This document shows positions 48,040-56,182 of a stretch of DNA of 64,000 nt, piece after piece. The translations under genes were made by a program, and so were the position numbers. Position 1 is the first letter of the stretch; each line of letters opens with the position of its first letter. The stretch lies in the NCBI GenBank assembly GCA_018062135.1, contig JAGOSW010000001.1, positions 3,210-67,209 of the forward strand, read 5' to 3'. The notes beneath the pieces were generated by a model. It had not been told where the DNA came from. It worked only from the letters and a program-made list of their open reading frames with translations, and did not search any database. Source of the DNA: Candidatus Woesebacteria bacterium. Lineage in GTDB: Bacteria; Patescibacteriota; Microgenomatia; UBA1406; HO2-37-13b.

Positions 48040-49329
48040 ATGACCTGGAATGGTATATACGTCGTAACTGACCCCACTTGGGGTGATAACGGAAAAGGAA
48101 AAATTGTCGATCTTCTCGCGGACCGCGCCGAAATGTCAATTAGATATAATGGCGGGCCGAATGCAGGACATACAGTCCGCAACGAACATGGCGAATTTAA
48201 GTTTCATTTAATGCCTTCAGCTATTTTTAATCCTCAGGCAGTATGCGTTCTTGCTGATGCCGTGGTTATCGATCCAAAAACACTCGCCGAAGAAATTATT
48301 GCCATTCGAGAAGCAGGCATAGAAATTACAGCAAAAAATTTAATGATAAGTCGCGCCGCGCATATGATTATGCCGTGGCATAGAGACAGGGATAATCTAC
48401 GAGAAACTGTGCGCGGCGAAGGAAAGATTGGTACGACGGGCCGAGGCATCGGGCCGACGTACGCAGATCGTACGGAACGTGTTGGCTTGCAGATGAAAGA
48501 TTTAATCGCTGCTGATTTTGAGAAACGACTTGAAACAGAAATGGCTTGGCAAGAAAAACTTGTCGCATTGATGCGCAATGATGATTTTACGTATGATAGA
48601 AAAGCTGTTATGAAAGAACTTATGGAAGCGCGAGAAATTCTTGCACCTTTAATTACTGATGTTATGCCCGTGATTGAAGAATATTATTCTGGTGGAAAAA
48701 GAATTTTAGGTGAAGCAGGTCAAGGAACGCTGCTCGATCTTGATCGTGGTACCTATCCGTATGTAACTTCGAGTCATCCGGGTATTGTGGGTTTTACCCT
48801 AACGACAGGGATTCCTCCGCGAAGTGTTGATAGGGTAATTGCGGTTACAAAAGCATATACCACGCGCGTTGGCGAAGGTCCTCTTCCAGCGGAATTGCTT
48901 GATGCTGATGGAGAAAAAATAAGGGAAGTTGGACATGAATATGGAACAACAACTGGCCGTCCACGTCGCTGTGGGTGGTTGGATATTCCTGCGTTACGAT
49001 ATGGTGTGCAAGTTGCGGGAGCAGACGAGTTAGCGTTAACGAAGATTGATGTGTTTGATGATTTTTCAGAAGTAAAAATATGTGTTGCGTATGAAATTAA
49101 TGGGAAGCGTTATGACAAAATTCCAAGTGTTGATATTGATTTTCTTAAAGGAGCGAAGCCTATTCTTGAAACAATGCCTGGATGGAAATCGCCTACTTCG
49201 GCAATACGTGCATTAAAAGATATGCCAAAAGAAGCTCAAGCATATATTAATAAAGTCGAAGAACTTGTAGGAAAAGATATCTCAATCGTATCAGTGGGTC
49301 CTGCAAGGGAAGAGACGATGTATAAATAA
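48040..49329 (+). CDS. purA: adenylosuccinate synthase
   Basis: WGDNGKGKIVD P-loop, GTTGRGIGP and TKIDV. Confidence 0.96.
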   Translation: MTWNGIYVVTDPTWGDNGKGKIVDLLADRAEMSIRYNGGPNAGHTVRNEHGEFKFHLMPSAIFNPQAVCVLADAVVIDPKTLAEEIIAIREAGIEITAKNLMISRAAHMIMPWHRDRDNLRETVRGEGKIGTTGRGIGPTYADRTERVGLQMKDLIAADFEKRLETEMAWQEKLVALMRNDDFTYDRKAVMKELMEAREILAPLITDVMPVIEEYYSGGKRILGEAGQGTLLDLDRGTYPYVTSSHPGIVGFTLTTGIPPRSVDRVIAVTKAYTTRVGEGPLPAELLDADGEKIREVGHEYGTTTGRPRRCGWLDIPALRYGVQVAGADELALTKIDVFDDFSEVKICVAYEINGKRYDKIPSVDIDFLKGAKPILETMPGWKSPTSAIRALKDMPKEAQAYINKVEELVGKDISIVSVGPAREETMYK

Positions 49330-49668
49330 TTAACTCTCCTTTTTACTTTCTTTCTGAATAGTCTTCCAGTGATATGCATATAAAGGAAGTCCTACGAGAA
49401 GCATAGAAATTGCTCCAGAAAGCTCTCTTTGACGTTGGCGTTGCGATTCTTTATCTTGGCGAGCCTTTTCTTTTGCCTCATCAACTTCTACGGTCTTTCC
49501 ATCAGGTGTTGTCGTGATTGGTCCTGCATAGTATTCATACTTATCTGCGTCTTTAAAGACGAAAACTTTTATGCCGAGATCAACGATACGAACGGTGCCG
49601 ATAACGACAATAAGAAGTCCAATAAAAGAAAAGAGATACAAATAAATAAGACGGATGTTGATTTTCAT
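49330..49668 (-). CDS. hypothetical 2-TM membrane protein
   Basis: A 112-aa ORF with two hydrophobic helices flanking a charged loop. Confidence 0.55.
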   Translation of the reverse strand: MKINIRLIYLYLFSFIGLLIVVIGTVRIVDLGIKVFVFKDADKYEYYAGPITTTPDGKTVEVDEAKEKARQDKESQRQRQRELSGAISMLLVGLPLYAYHWKTIQKESKKES

Positions 49669-49701
49669 AAGGTAAGTATAAAGGATTTTTTAAAAGATGT
49701 G

Positions 49702-49718
49702 AGAAACGGCAATTGATT
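49702..49718. repeat. left arm of perfect 17-bp inverted repeat AGAAACGGCAATTGATT
   Basis: The exact reverse complement occurs at 50832-50848. Together the arms bracket the high-GC cassette. Confidence 0.85.
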
Positions 49719-49934
49719 TTCTGTGTTCCTAACATCAACTTCGGCAGCCAGCCGCTGGTCGTGGCCACAAGTGGCCCCGGGCCGTCGTAGACGGCATTGG
49801 TCGGTATGTTTCCGACCAGCGGCTGGACTGCCTGGGGGTTAGTACCCCGTGAAGGTGATTACCGGCTCACGCCGGCAGCGCCGCAGAGCGGCGCTCAAGG
49901 ATGCCCTCAAAGGGCGTCTAAGTGTATGAGGTTG

Positions 49935-50585
49935 TTAGAGCTGCAGCTGCTGGCGGGTCGCCGGCTGCCACATCATCGCGATCTCGTAGCCCAGCAGGTA
50001 CTGCCGCAGTGCGCGCAGACGGTGGTGGCCGGTGGCCGCCATCGCTGCTCCGCCCATGTTGGCATCGTCACGCCACGCGAGGTGGCCGTCGGTCCACGTC
50101 TCGTTGGTGGCCGCCATGTACTGGCAGCCGGGTGGATTGAAGGTCGTCGCAACGCCGTAGGCCAGGTGCCGGCTGCCGGTATTCGTGCTGTAGTTGGCGA
50201 TCAGTTGCTGCCGCTCATCGTTGCGCCAGACCGTCGTCGCCCAGTTGTGGCCGTTGAAGCCCTTCGCGCTCGCGATGCCGATGCCGGTGTACCCCGCGCT
50301 GGCCATCTGCTGCGCCGTCGTCTGCCCGTTGTCCATGGCGATGGCCTGTTGCGTCTGGCCGTCGTGGCCGTAGCTGCGCAGCAGAACCATCTGGTTCGGG
50401 TTGAGGTTGGAGTCGGTGTTGAGCGCGATCAGCTGGTCAGCAGCACTGCCGACGTTGTTGATCGTCGCCACGTTGTGGTCACCAGAGACAGCGTTCGCCG
50501 CCGCCAGGTTGGCCGGGCGGCTGAACGCACCAAGGAACATGATCGCGATCGCGATCGGAACGGTCCATCGGAGGAAGCGTTGCAA
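49935..50585 (-). CDS. secreted protein of unknown function, encoded in high-GC (Actinobacteria-like) codon usage
   Basis: TTG start at 50585 with GAGGGA 7 nt upstream. Nearly all codons end in G or C. Signal peptide MQRFLRWTVPIAIAIMFLGAFSRPANLAAANA. Chosen over the plus-strand ORFs in the same DNA. Confidence 0.7.
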   Translation of the reverse strand: MQRFLRWTVPIAIAIMFLGAFSRPANLAAANAVSGDHNVATINNVGSAADQLIALNTDSNLNPNQMVLLRSYGHDGQTQQAIAMDNGQTTAQQMASAGYTGIGIASAKGFNGHNWATTVWRNDERQQLIANYSTNTGSRHLAYGVATTFNPPGCQYMAATNETWTDGHLAWRDDANMGGAAMAATGHHRLRALRQYLLGYEIAMMWQPATRQQLQL

Positions 50586-50831
50586 GAGGTATCCCTCACT
50601 TTGTCTTCGCGTAGATGGGTTGGTCTCTCCGTCAGGTGACGGGAGGTGGGGAACTGCGGACGATGCGACTAGGCGATCAGGGCGGTCCCCGGATCATGTA
50701 CTTCTGCCTCCTTTCATGGTGGCAAGCTTGGATGGATAGACACTGACGCCCAAGGTAGCTGGTCAGTAGAGCTCTAAAGACATTTTTATAATATCCCTAA
50801 AATTCTACTAACCAACTTTCAAATTTCTAAT

Positions 50832-50848
50832 AATCAATTGCCGTTTCT
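50832..50848. repeat. right arm of perfect 17-bp inverted repeat (AATCAATTGCCGTTTCT)
   Basis: Exact reverse complement of 49702-49718. Confidence 0.85.
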
Positions 50849-51003
50849 GTCAAAGAACTATGAGTAATAATGCTGGCAGTACACGGCTTTTGCGTACGCC
50901 CTCACTCTTTTCTCAAGGTGTAAAAAAATTTACTATCGGTAGTATAGGCCCGCTTTGGGCACATGTCAATATACCTAATTTTTCCAGCTGTTATACTTTC
51001 TCT

Positions 51004-51207
51004 ATGCCCCAAGATACCAATGAAGCAATTGAACGAGCAAAAGACGGAATAGAAGTTCTTAACGAATACCGAGATCCTACTCCAGCAGTCGCAGCAGATT
51101 CATCTTCATTACTTTCATCACCCCTCTTTCTGTACTCAATCTACGCCCTTTTTTTTATAATAATCTCTATAACCGTCTTATATATTCGCTTTAAAAACAG
51201 CACATGA
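51004..51207 (+). CDS. small membrane protein upstream of dsbB
   Basis: ATG 51004 (MPQDTNEA...) follows a TATACT box. C-terminal TM. Overlaps dsbB by 4 nt. The track ORF starts at 50860. Confidence 0.45.
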   Translation: MPQDTNEAIERAKDGIEVLNEYRDPTPAVAADSSSLLSSPLFLYSIYALFFIIISITVLYIRFKNST

Positions 51208-51611
51208 TTTTATATATCGCGTGGCTTCAATCAATCGTCGCAACACTTGGAAGTCTTTATTTTAGTGAAGTAATGAAGTTTCCACCTTGTGTACTCTGTT
51301 GGTATCAGCGCATCTTAATGTACCCACTTGTTTTTATTCTCGCCGTTGGCATGGTTAGAAAAGATAAAAAAGTCTATACATACGTTCTGCCATTAAGCAT
51401 TACGGGTCTTTGCATAGCTCTGTATCATAACTTACTTTATTACCAAATCATTCCGGAAAGCCTCGCGCCTTGCGTTAGTGGCGTATCTTGTACAACAAAA
51501 TTCATTCAATGGTTTGGCTTTGTAACAATTCCACTTTTATCTTTAATCGCGTTCACCGTTATTACAATCTGTATGTTAGTTACCTGGAAGAGTCTCGAGA
51601 AATCGAAGTAA
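51204..51611 (+). CDS. dsbB: disulfide bond formation protein B (DsbB/BdbC family)
   Basis: Four TM helices, CVLCWYQR (CxxC in loop 1) and a second Cys pair CVSGVSC. Confidence 0.85.
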   Translation: MILYIAWLQSIVATLGSLYFSEVMKFPPCVLCWYQRILMYPLVFILAVGMVRKDKKVYTYVLPLSITGLCIALYHNLLYYQIIPESLAPCVSGVSCTTKFIQWFGFVTIPLLSLIAFTVITICMLVTWKSLEKSK

Positions 51612-52163
51612 TGTAGCAGCAGAACGATCTTCTTTCACAGAACCATTAAGAGCCAACTTTTTTGCTTCCGCAACAGAAACCCATTTTATTTTTATATTTT
51701 CTCCAAGTTCTAAGTGTTGCCCTTCTGGATCTTCCGTATATTTTGTAATGACAAAGTAATACAGGTCCCAAATTACTGACGCTCCACACGTCGAAAGAGA
51801 AAACAACTTCGCATCATCTGCAATAATGCCGACTTCTTCCAAAGCTTCTTTTTTAGCAGCGTTTTTAGCTTTTTCTAGCATTTCATCGCCACTCGTTAAA
51901 AACGCATGATATTCTTCGAGAGAATCACAGACTTTTCCTCCAGGCAAGCGGATATCCCAATCTCGTATTTCACTTCGATATTCTTCTATAAGCAGAATTT
52001 TCCCCTCGGGCGAAGTAATAATAAGTCTTGTTCCTGGAGCACGGCGAGCTTTTTCGTAGATAACTTTTTTGTCGCCGATTTTAAATGTCATAAGTACAAC
52101 CTCAAACATTCGCCCTGAATAGACAATTTCTTCTTTTATGAATTCAGGCAGTGTGTTATTCAT
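51576..52163 (-). CDS. NUDIX hydrolase
   Basis: Nudix box GGKV(x)...AAKKEALEEVGI. Confidence 0.85.
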   Translation of the reverse strand: MNNTLPEFIKEEIVYSGRMFEVVLMTFKIGDKKVIYEKARRAPGTRLIITSPEGKILLIEEYRSEIRDWDIRLPGGKVCDSLEEYHAFLTSGDEMLEKAKNAAKKEALEEVGIIADDAKLFSLSTCGASVIWDLYYFVITKYTEDPEGQHLELGENIKIKWVSVAEAKKLALNGSVKEDRSAATLLRFLETLPGN

Positions 52164-52252
52164 AATACGTAAGTATAATGAACGAAAACCGATAATAAAT
52201 GGTATAATTAACTTTTCCTTCTTACATTATTCTAAGCACGGAAAAATATTTT

Positions 52253-54082
52253 ATGAAATCAATACGAAATATTGCTATTATTGCACACGTTGACCATGGA
52301 AAAACAACCTTGGTCGATACGCTTTTGAAGCAAACAAAGACATTCCGCGATAATCAAAAAGAAATGTTCCAGGATCTTATCATGGATTCAGGCGATCTTG
52401 AGCGCGAAAAAGGAATTACGATTCTCGCAAAAAATACGTCAATTTTTTACGAAGACACAAAAATTAACATTATCGATACCCCAGGCCACGCAGATTTTGG
52501 TGGCGAAGTTGAGCGAGTTCTTAATATGGCCTCTGGTGCCATTTTACTCGTTGATGCTGCAGAAGGTCCACTTCCCCAAACAAGATTTGTACTAAAAAAA
52601 GCACTCGAAAATCATCTCAAAATCATTTTAGTTATTAATAAAATCGATAAAAAGGATGCACGACCACTCGCTGTGCGTGCAGAAGTAGAGAACCTCTTTT
52701 TAGAGCTCGCACATGATGAGAGCGCCCTCGATTTCACGACTCTATATGCAGTCGGGCGTGATGGGAAAGCTTTTTATGAACTTCCTGAAGACTATCTTAA
52801 AACTGAAGATGCAACATTAAAACCGCTTTTCGACACAATCCTCAAAGAAATTGAAGACGTTTCGGGCCCAGTTGACGAGCCATTCCAAATGCTTATTTCA
52901 ACTCTTGATCAAGACGACTATGTTGGCAAACTTTGTATTGGAAAAGTTACCCGTGGTGTGTGCGCATTAGGGCAAACCATCTCACTTGTTGAAGAGGGAG
53001 TCGTAAAAGGCACATATAAAGTAACAAAACTTTATACTTCAACTGGTCTTATAAGAGAGCCAGTTGAAAAAGTATCAGCAGGCGATATTATTGCAATCGC
53101 AGGTATTCCTGAATTGACTATTGGTCAGACAATTACTGACCCAGCTACACCTGAGTCGCTTCCAACAATTTCAGTAGAAGAACCAACCCTAAAAATTACC
53201 TTAGGACCAAACACCTCACCTTTCGCAGGTCGTGAAGGAGAATTTACCACGAGTCGACAAATTAAAGAACGCCTTTTAAGAGAGAAGGAGATTAACCTGG
53301 GTCTCCATATTGAAGACGATACCCAATCAGTAAATTTTATAGTTTCTGGTCGCGGAGAACTCCATCTTTCGGTTCTGATTGAAACAATGCGTCGCGAAGG
53401 ATTCGAAATGCAAGTTTCAAAACCAGAAGTTCTATACAAAGAAATTGATGGAAGAACATGCGAGCCATTCGAAGAAGTAACAGTTGATGTCGCGCCTGAT
53501 TTTGTGGGTGCTGTTAATGAAGAAATGGGTAAGCGCCGTGCAGCAATGCAAAGCATGCATAATGAGCTTACTGGAACATCACGACTTGTATTCAAAATAG
53601 CTTCTGCAAATCTTTTAGGTATTCGCAGTACGTTAATGACGAAAACCCGAGGAACTGCGGTAATGTCGAGCTACTTCTTAGGCTATGAGCCAAAAGAGGG
53701 TGGTAGTTTAGAAACTCTTCGTGGTGGCGCAATGATTGCGACCCAAACTGCTGTTTCTACAACATACGGAATATTAAATGTACAATCTCGCGGATCATTA
53801 TTTATTGCTCCAGCAGTGCAGGTATATGAAGGAATGGTTGTTGGCGTCAGTTCACGCCAAGATGATATGGAAGTAAACGTTTGTAAAGTAAAAAATCTAA
53901 CAAACAATCGCTCACGTGGTGAGGGTGTAACTGATGGTTTAACACCGCACGTCATTATGACGCTTGAAGAATGTTTAGATTTCTTAGGAGATGATGAACT
54001 TCTCGAAGTAACACCAAAAACTCTTCGTATTCGCAAAAAATTCCTTAAAGAAGCCCAGCGCCGCGTTTCTGGAAGAAAGTAA
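52253..54082 (+). CDS. typA: translational GTPase TypA/BipA
   Basis: [17 protein letters not shown] and NKID motifs. The 609-aa length and domain order match BipA. Confidence 0.96.
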   Translation: MKSIRNIAIIAHVDHGKTTLVDTLLKQTKTFRDNQKEMFQDLIMDSGDLEREKGITILAKNTSIFYEDTKINIIDTPGHADFGGEVERVLNMASGAILLVDAAEGPLPQTRFVLKKALENHLKIILVINKIDKKDARPLAVRAEVENLFLELAHDESALDFTTLYAVGRDGKAFYELPEDYLKTEDATLKPLFDTILKEIEDVSGPVDEPFQMLISTLDQDDYVGKLCIGKVTRGVCALGQTISLVEEGVVKGTYKVTKLYTSTGLIREPVEKVSAGDIIAIAGIPELTIGQTITDPATPESLPTISVEEPTLKITLGPNTSPFAGREGEFTTSRQIKERLLREKEINLGLHIEDDTQSVNFIVSGRGELHLSVLIETMRREGFEMQVSKPEVLYKEIDGRTCEPFEEVTVDVAPDFVGAVNEEMGKRRAAMQSMHNELTGTSRLVFKIASANLLGIRSTLMTKTRGTAVMSSYFLGYEPKEGGSLETLRGGAMIATQTAVSTTYGILNVQSRGSLFIAPAVQVYEGMVVGVSSRQDDMEVNVCKVKNLTNNRSRGEGVTDGLTPHVIMTLEECLDFLGDDELLEVTPKTLRIRKKFLKEAQRRVSGRK

Positions 54083-54097
54083 GCTATACTACTCAAT

Positions 54098-54574
54098 ATG
54101 AGCGATGAAGACTTCATGAAAGTTGTCCTTCAAGATGCGCAGAACGCAAAAGATTCAGGAAATCTCCCCAGTGCCACGATTCTTGTAAAAAATGGTGAAA
54201 TTATTGCTCGTGGCATTAGTCATGTTGGATCCGATATGGATCCTTCTGCACATGGCGACATCATGTGCATACGATCTGCATGCAAAACACTTAATACTTT
54301 AGACCTTTCAGGATGTATTTTATATACATCAATAGAGCCGTGCTCAATGTGTCTTACGTGTGCAAGCTGGGCGAATATTTCTAAAATAATCTTTGGTGCA
54401 TATAAAGAATTTATTGCAAGCAATTCATATTTATTAGATGGATATCATGCAAAGGATTTTGGAAAGAAACTTGTATCGCTTAGTGGAGAAACTATTGAAA
54501 TCCGAGGAGGCGTAATGGGCGACGAATGTCGCGTTCTCATGGATAACGTTGAAAACTGGATGCCAAAGGTATAA
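54098..54574 (+). CDS. CMP/dCMP-type nucleoside/nucleotide deaminase (TadA/guanine-deaminase-like)
   Basis: Zinc motifs H-G-D (where HAE is usual) and PCSMC. Confidence 0.8.
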   Translation: MSDEDFMKVVLQDAQNAKDSGNLPSATILVKNGEIIARGISHVGSDMDPSAHGDIMCIRSACKTLNTLDLSGCILYTSIEPCSMCLTCASWANISKIIFGAYKEFIASNSYLLDGYHAKDFGKKLVSLSGETIEIRGGVMGDECRVLMDNVENWMPKV

Positions 54575-54631
54575 AAAACAAAACCACAGACAAGTTGCCT
54601 ATGGCTTTGTTTAACGGCATGATGTTGAAAG

Positions 54632-54847
54632 TTATTTCTTTTTCTTTGCTACTGTTTTCTTCTTAGCTACGACTTTCTTTTTAGGCGCTACTTTCTTTAC
54701 TATTTTCTTGACTGCTGCTTTAAGTCCTGTAGCCTTCTTAACCACTGACTTCTTTAATGTTTTCTTTGCTACTGTCTTCTTCTTAGCTACGACCTTCTTC
54801 TTTGCTACTGTTTTTTTAGCTGTTGTCTTTTTCTTTGCTGCTGGCAT
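54632..54847 (-). CDS. Lys/Ala-rich histone H1-like basic protein
   Basis: A 71-aa ORF built from repeated KKKTVAKK / VVAKKK units. AGGAGGGG lies upstream of the ATG. Confidence 0.6.
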   Translation of the reverse strand: MPAAKKKTTAKKTVAKKKVVAKKKTVAKKTLKKSVVKKATGLKAAVKKIVKKVAPKKKVVAKKKTVAKKKK

Positions 54848-54957
54848 GTTGTATCCCCTCCTTTCATTGAATTAACTATTCCTTAATTTAAGCATAGAGA
54901 GATTTAGAGAAAAAACAATACATCAAACTACATCGCATGTATTTTTAACCTCGAAAA

Positions 54958-56181
54958 TTATATCTTGATAAGCAATCCTGCGAGCACTGCTCCGACACCG
55001 AAGACTGCGAAGATCAGAGCGATTGTTAGTGAGTTCTGAGCAAGTCCAGTTTGTGGTAACGTCGGCTGCGTCGTAACATTTGGTCTGGTTGGTGATGGCG
55101 TATTAGTGACGTTTACAATAACTATGTCAGTTGGTGTAGGCGAGCTAATACTCGTTGGCGCTGGAGTTGCAGTTGGCGGATTATAGCTGCATGCGTTAGA
55201 TTGTTTTGCTGAGCTAGCTCCACATTCTTCATTAACTGCTTCAACAAAACATCCATATGAATGTCCTGCGATAGCCGTAAATGTTGCTTTTGTTCCTGTA
55301 ACTTTCTTGTTTGGATTATAGCCGTCTATTGGAAGACCTGTTGATTCATCACGGATAGTGACGAGATAATAACCTGCGCCTGATGACGCGTCCCAGGTGC
55401 ATTGTGCAGCTGATTCACTACAAGCTAGAGCTATATTCGTGACCGCATTAGGAATTGGACATGTTGTCGGGGTTGGTGCTGGCACTGTTGGGGTTGCGCT
55501 TGGTGTTACAGTAGCTGTCGGTGTTAAGGTCGCTGTTGGTGCTGGGGTAAAGGTCGGCTGGCCGGGTAATATCGTAGGTGTGGCTGTTGGTGTAAGTGTC
55601 GTCGTCGGTGTGAGCGTTACTGTTGGCGTTAATGTTACGGTAACCGTTGGCGTAAGGGTTGCTGTTGGTCCACAAGAAGGGTCGCCTGGATTTTGACATG
55701 CTAATGAACCGTCAGCTTGTTTTATACATTGCATATCATCTGCGCAACGAGGAACGGGTTGATCTTCTTCACATGGCTCACATAGACCAGGAAGTGGTGG
55801 GGTTGGCGGGGGTGTTCCCGACGGCGCTACACATATAATTGGTTCACTTCTCTTCTTACAGGATAAATCATCTGGGTTAATAATTTCACAATATACGGGA
55901 ATAGGGAGTGTTCTCGGGTCTAGATCTCTAAATGTATATGAAGTACCACTCGATACGGGTTGTTCGCCAATCACGTTACCTGAGCCATCAACGAGTCTTA
56001 TGATATAGGTTCCTTCTGTTTCCCAATTACAAGTAATTTGCTTTAGAGGAATAGCAACTTCTTCAGCTTCATTCTTTGTCGTTTGGCGTTCTTGCACAAA
56101 AATCATACCGATCACAAGTGATGCGACAAGAAATATGAGTCCTGCGACTAATCCAATTGTTTTCTTCCTTTGATTATTCAT
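54958..56181 (-). CDS. surface protein: N-terminal TM/signal, two Cys-bracketed Ig/FN3-like modules, Pro/Thr linker, LPQTG sorting signal
   Basis: The C-terminus TLPQTGLAQNSLTIALIFAVFGVGAVLAGLLIKI is an LPxTG motif plus a hydrophobic segment plus a basic residue. Confidence 0.75.
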   Translation of the reverse strand: MNNQRKKTIGLVAGLIFLVASLVIGMIFVQERQTTKNEAEEVAIPLKQITCNWETEGTYIIRLVDGSGNVIGEQPVSSGTSYTFRDLDPRTLPIPVYCEIINPDDLSCKKRSEPIICVAPSGTPPPTPPLPGLCEPCEEDQPVPRCADDMQCIKQADGSLACQNPGDPSCGPTATLTPTVTVTLTPTVTLTPTTTLTPTATPTILPGQPTFTPAPTATLTPTATVTPSATPTVPAPTPTTCPIPNAVTNIALACSESAAQCTWDASSGAGYYLVTIRDESTGLPIDGYNPNKKVTGTKATFTAIAGHSYGCFVEAVNEECGASSAKQSNACSYNPPTATPAPTSISSPTPTDIVIVNVTNTPSPTRPNVTTQPTLPQTGLAQNSLTIALIFAVFGVGAVLAGLLIKI

Positions 56182-56182
56182 A

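Noticed and set aside
49797-50739. Plus-strand ORFs inside the high-GC cassette (49797-50639 at 280 aa, 49922-50140 and 50401-50739).
   Set aside because: High-GC DNA produces long open frames on both strands. Only the minus-strand frame 49935-50585 shows the G/C-at-third-position pattern, an SD-like GAGGGA, and a credible signal peptide. The plus-strand products are Arg/Ala/Pro-rich nonsense typical of shadow frames.
50586-50745. A possible riboswitch (for example ydaO/cyclic-di-AMP, common upstream of actinobacterial secreted cell-wall enzymes) in the 5' leader of the high-GC secreted-protein gene.
   Set aside because: Only vague resemblances (CCGGGGACC, UCCGCAG...ACCUCCCGU) to the consensus as I remember it. 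I could not build the pseudo-symmetric fold by eye. A cmsearch would be needed, so it is not called.
49702-50848. The 17-bp inverted repeat interpreted as an ordinary intrinsic terminator split by an insertion, or the cassette interpreted as an integron gene cassette with attC.
   Set aside because: The flanking genes diverge from this intergenic region, so no terminator is expected there, although the split-hairpin idea cannot be excluded. No GTTRRRY/RYYYAAC core sites were convincing next to the ORF (CTCTAAC fails at the first position), and no intI gene is present.
55397-55699. Repetitive DNA in the Pro/Thr linker regions (also 58405-58653 and 12150-12330), considered as a CRISPR array or a DGR template/variable repeat pair.
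   Set aside because: The periodicity is short and irregular and is explained by codon-level PTxT repeats inside coding sequence. There is no repeat-spacer architecture. There is no reverse transcriptase gene and no long near-identical TR/VR pair with A-specific mismatches in the window.
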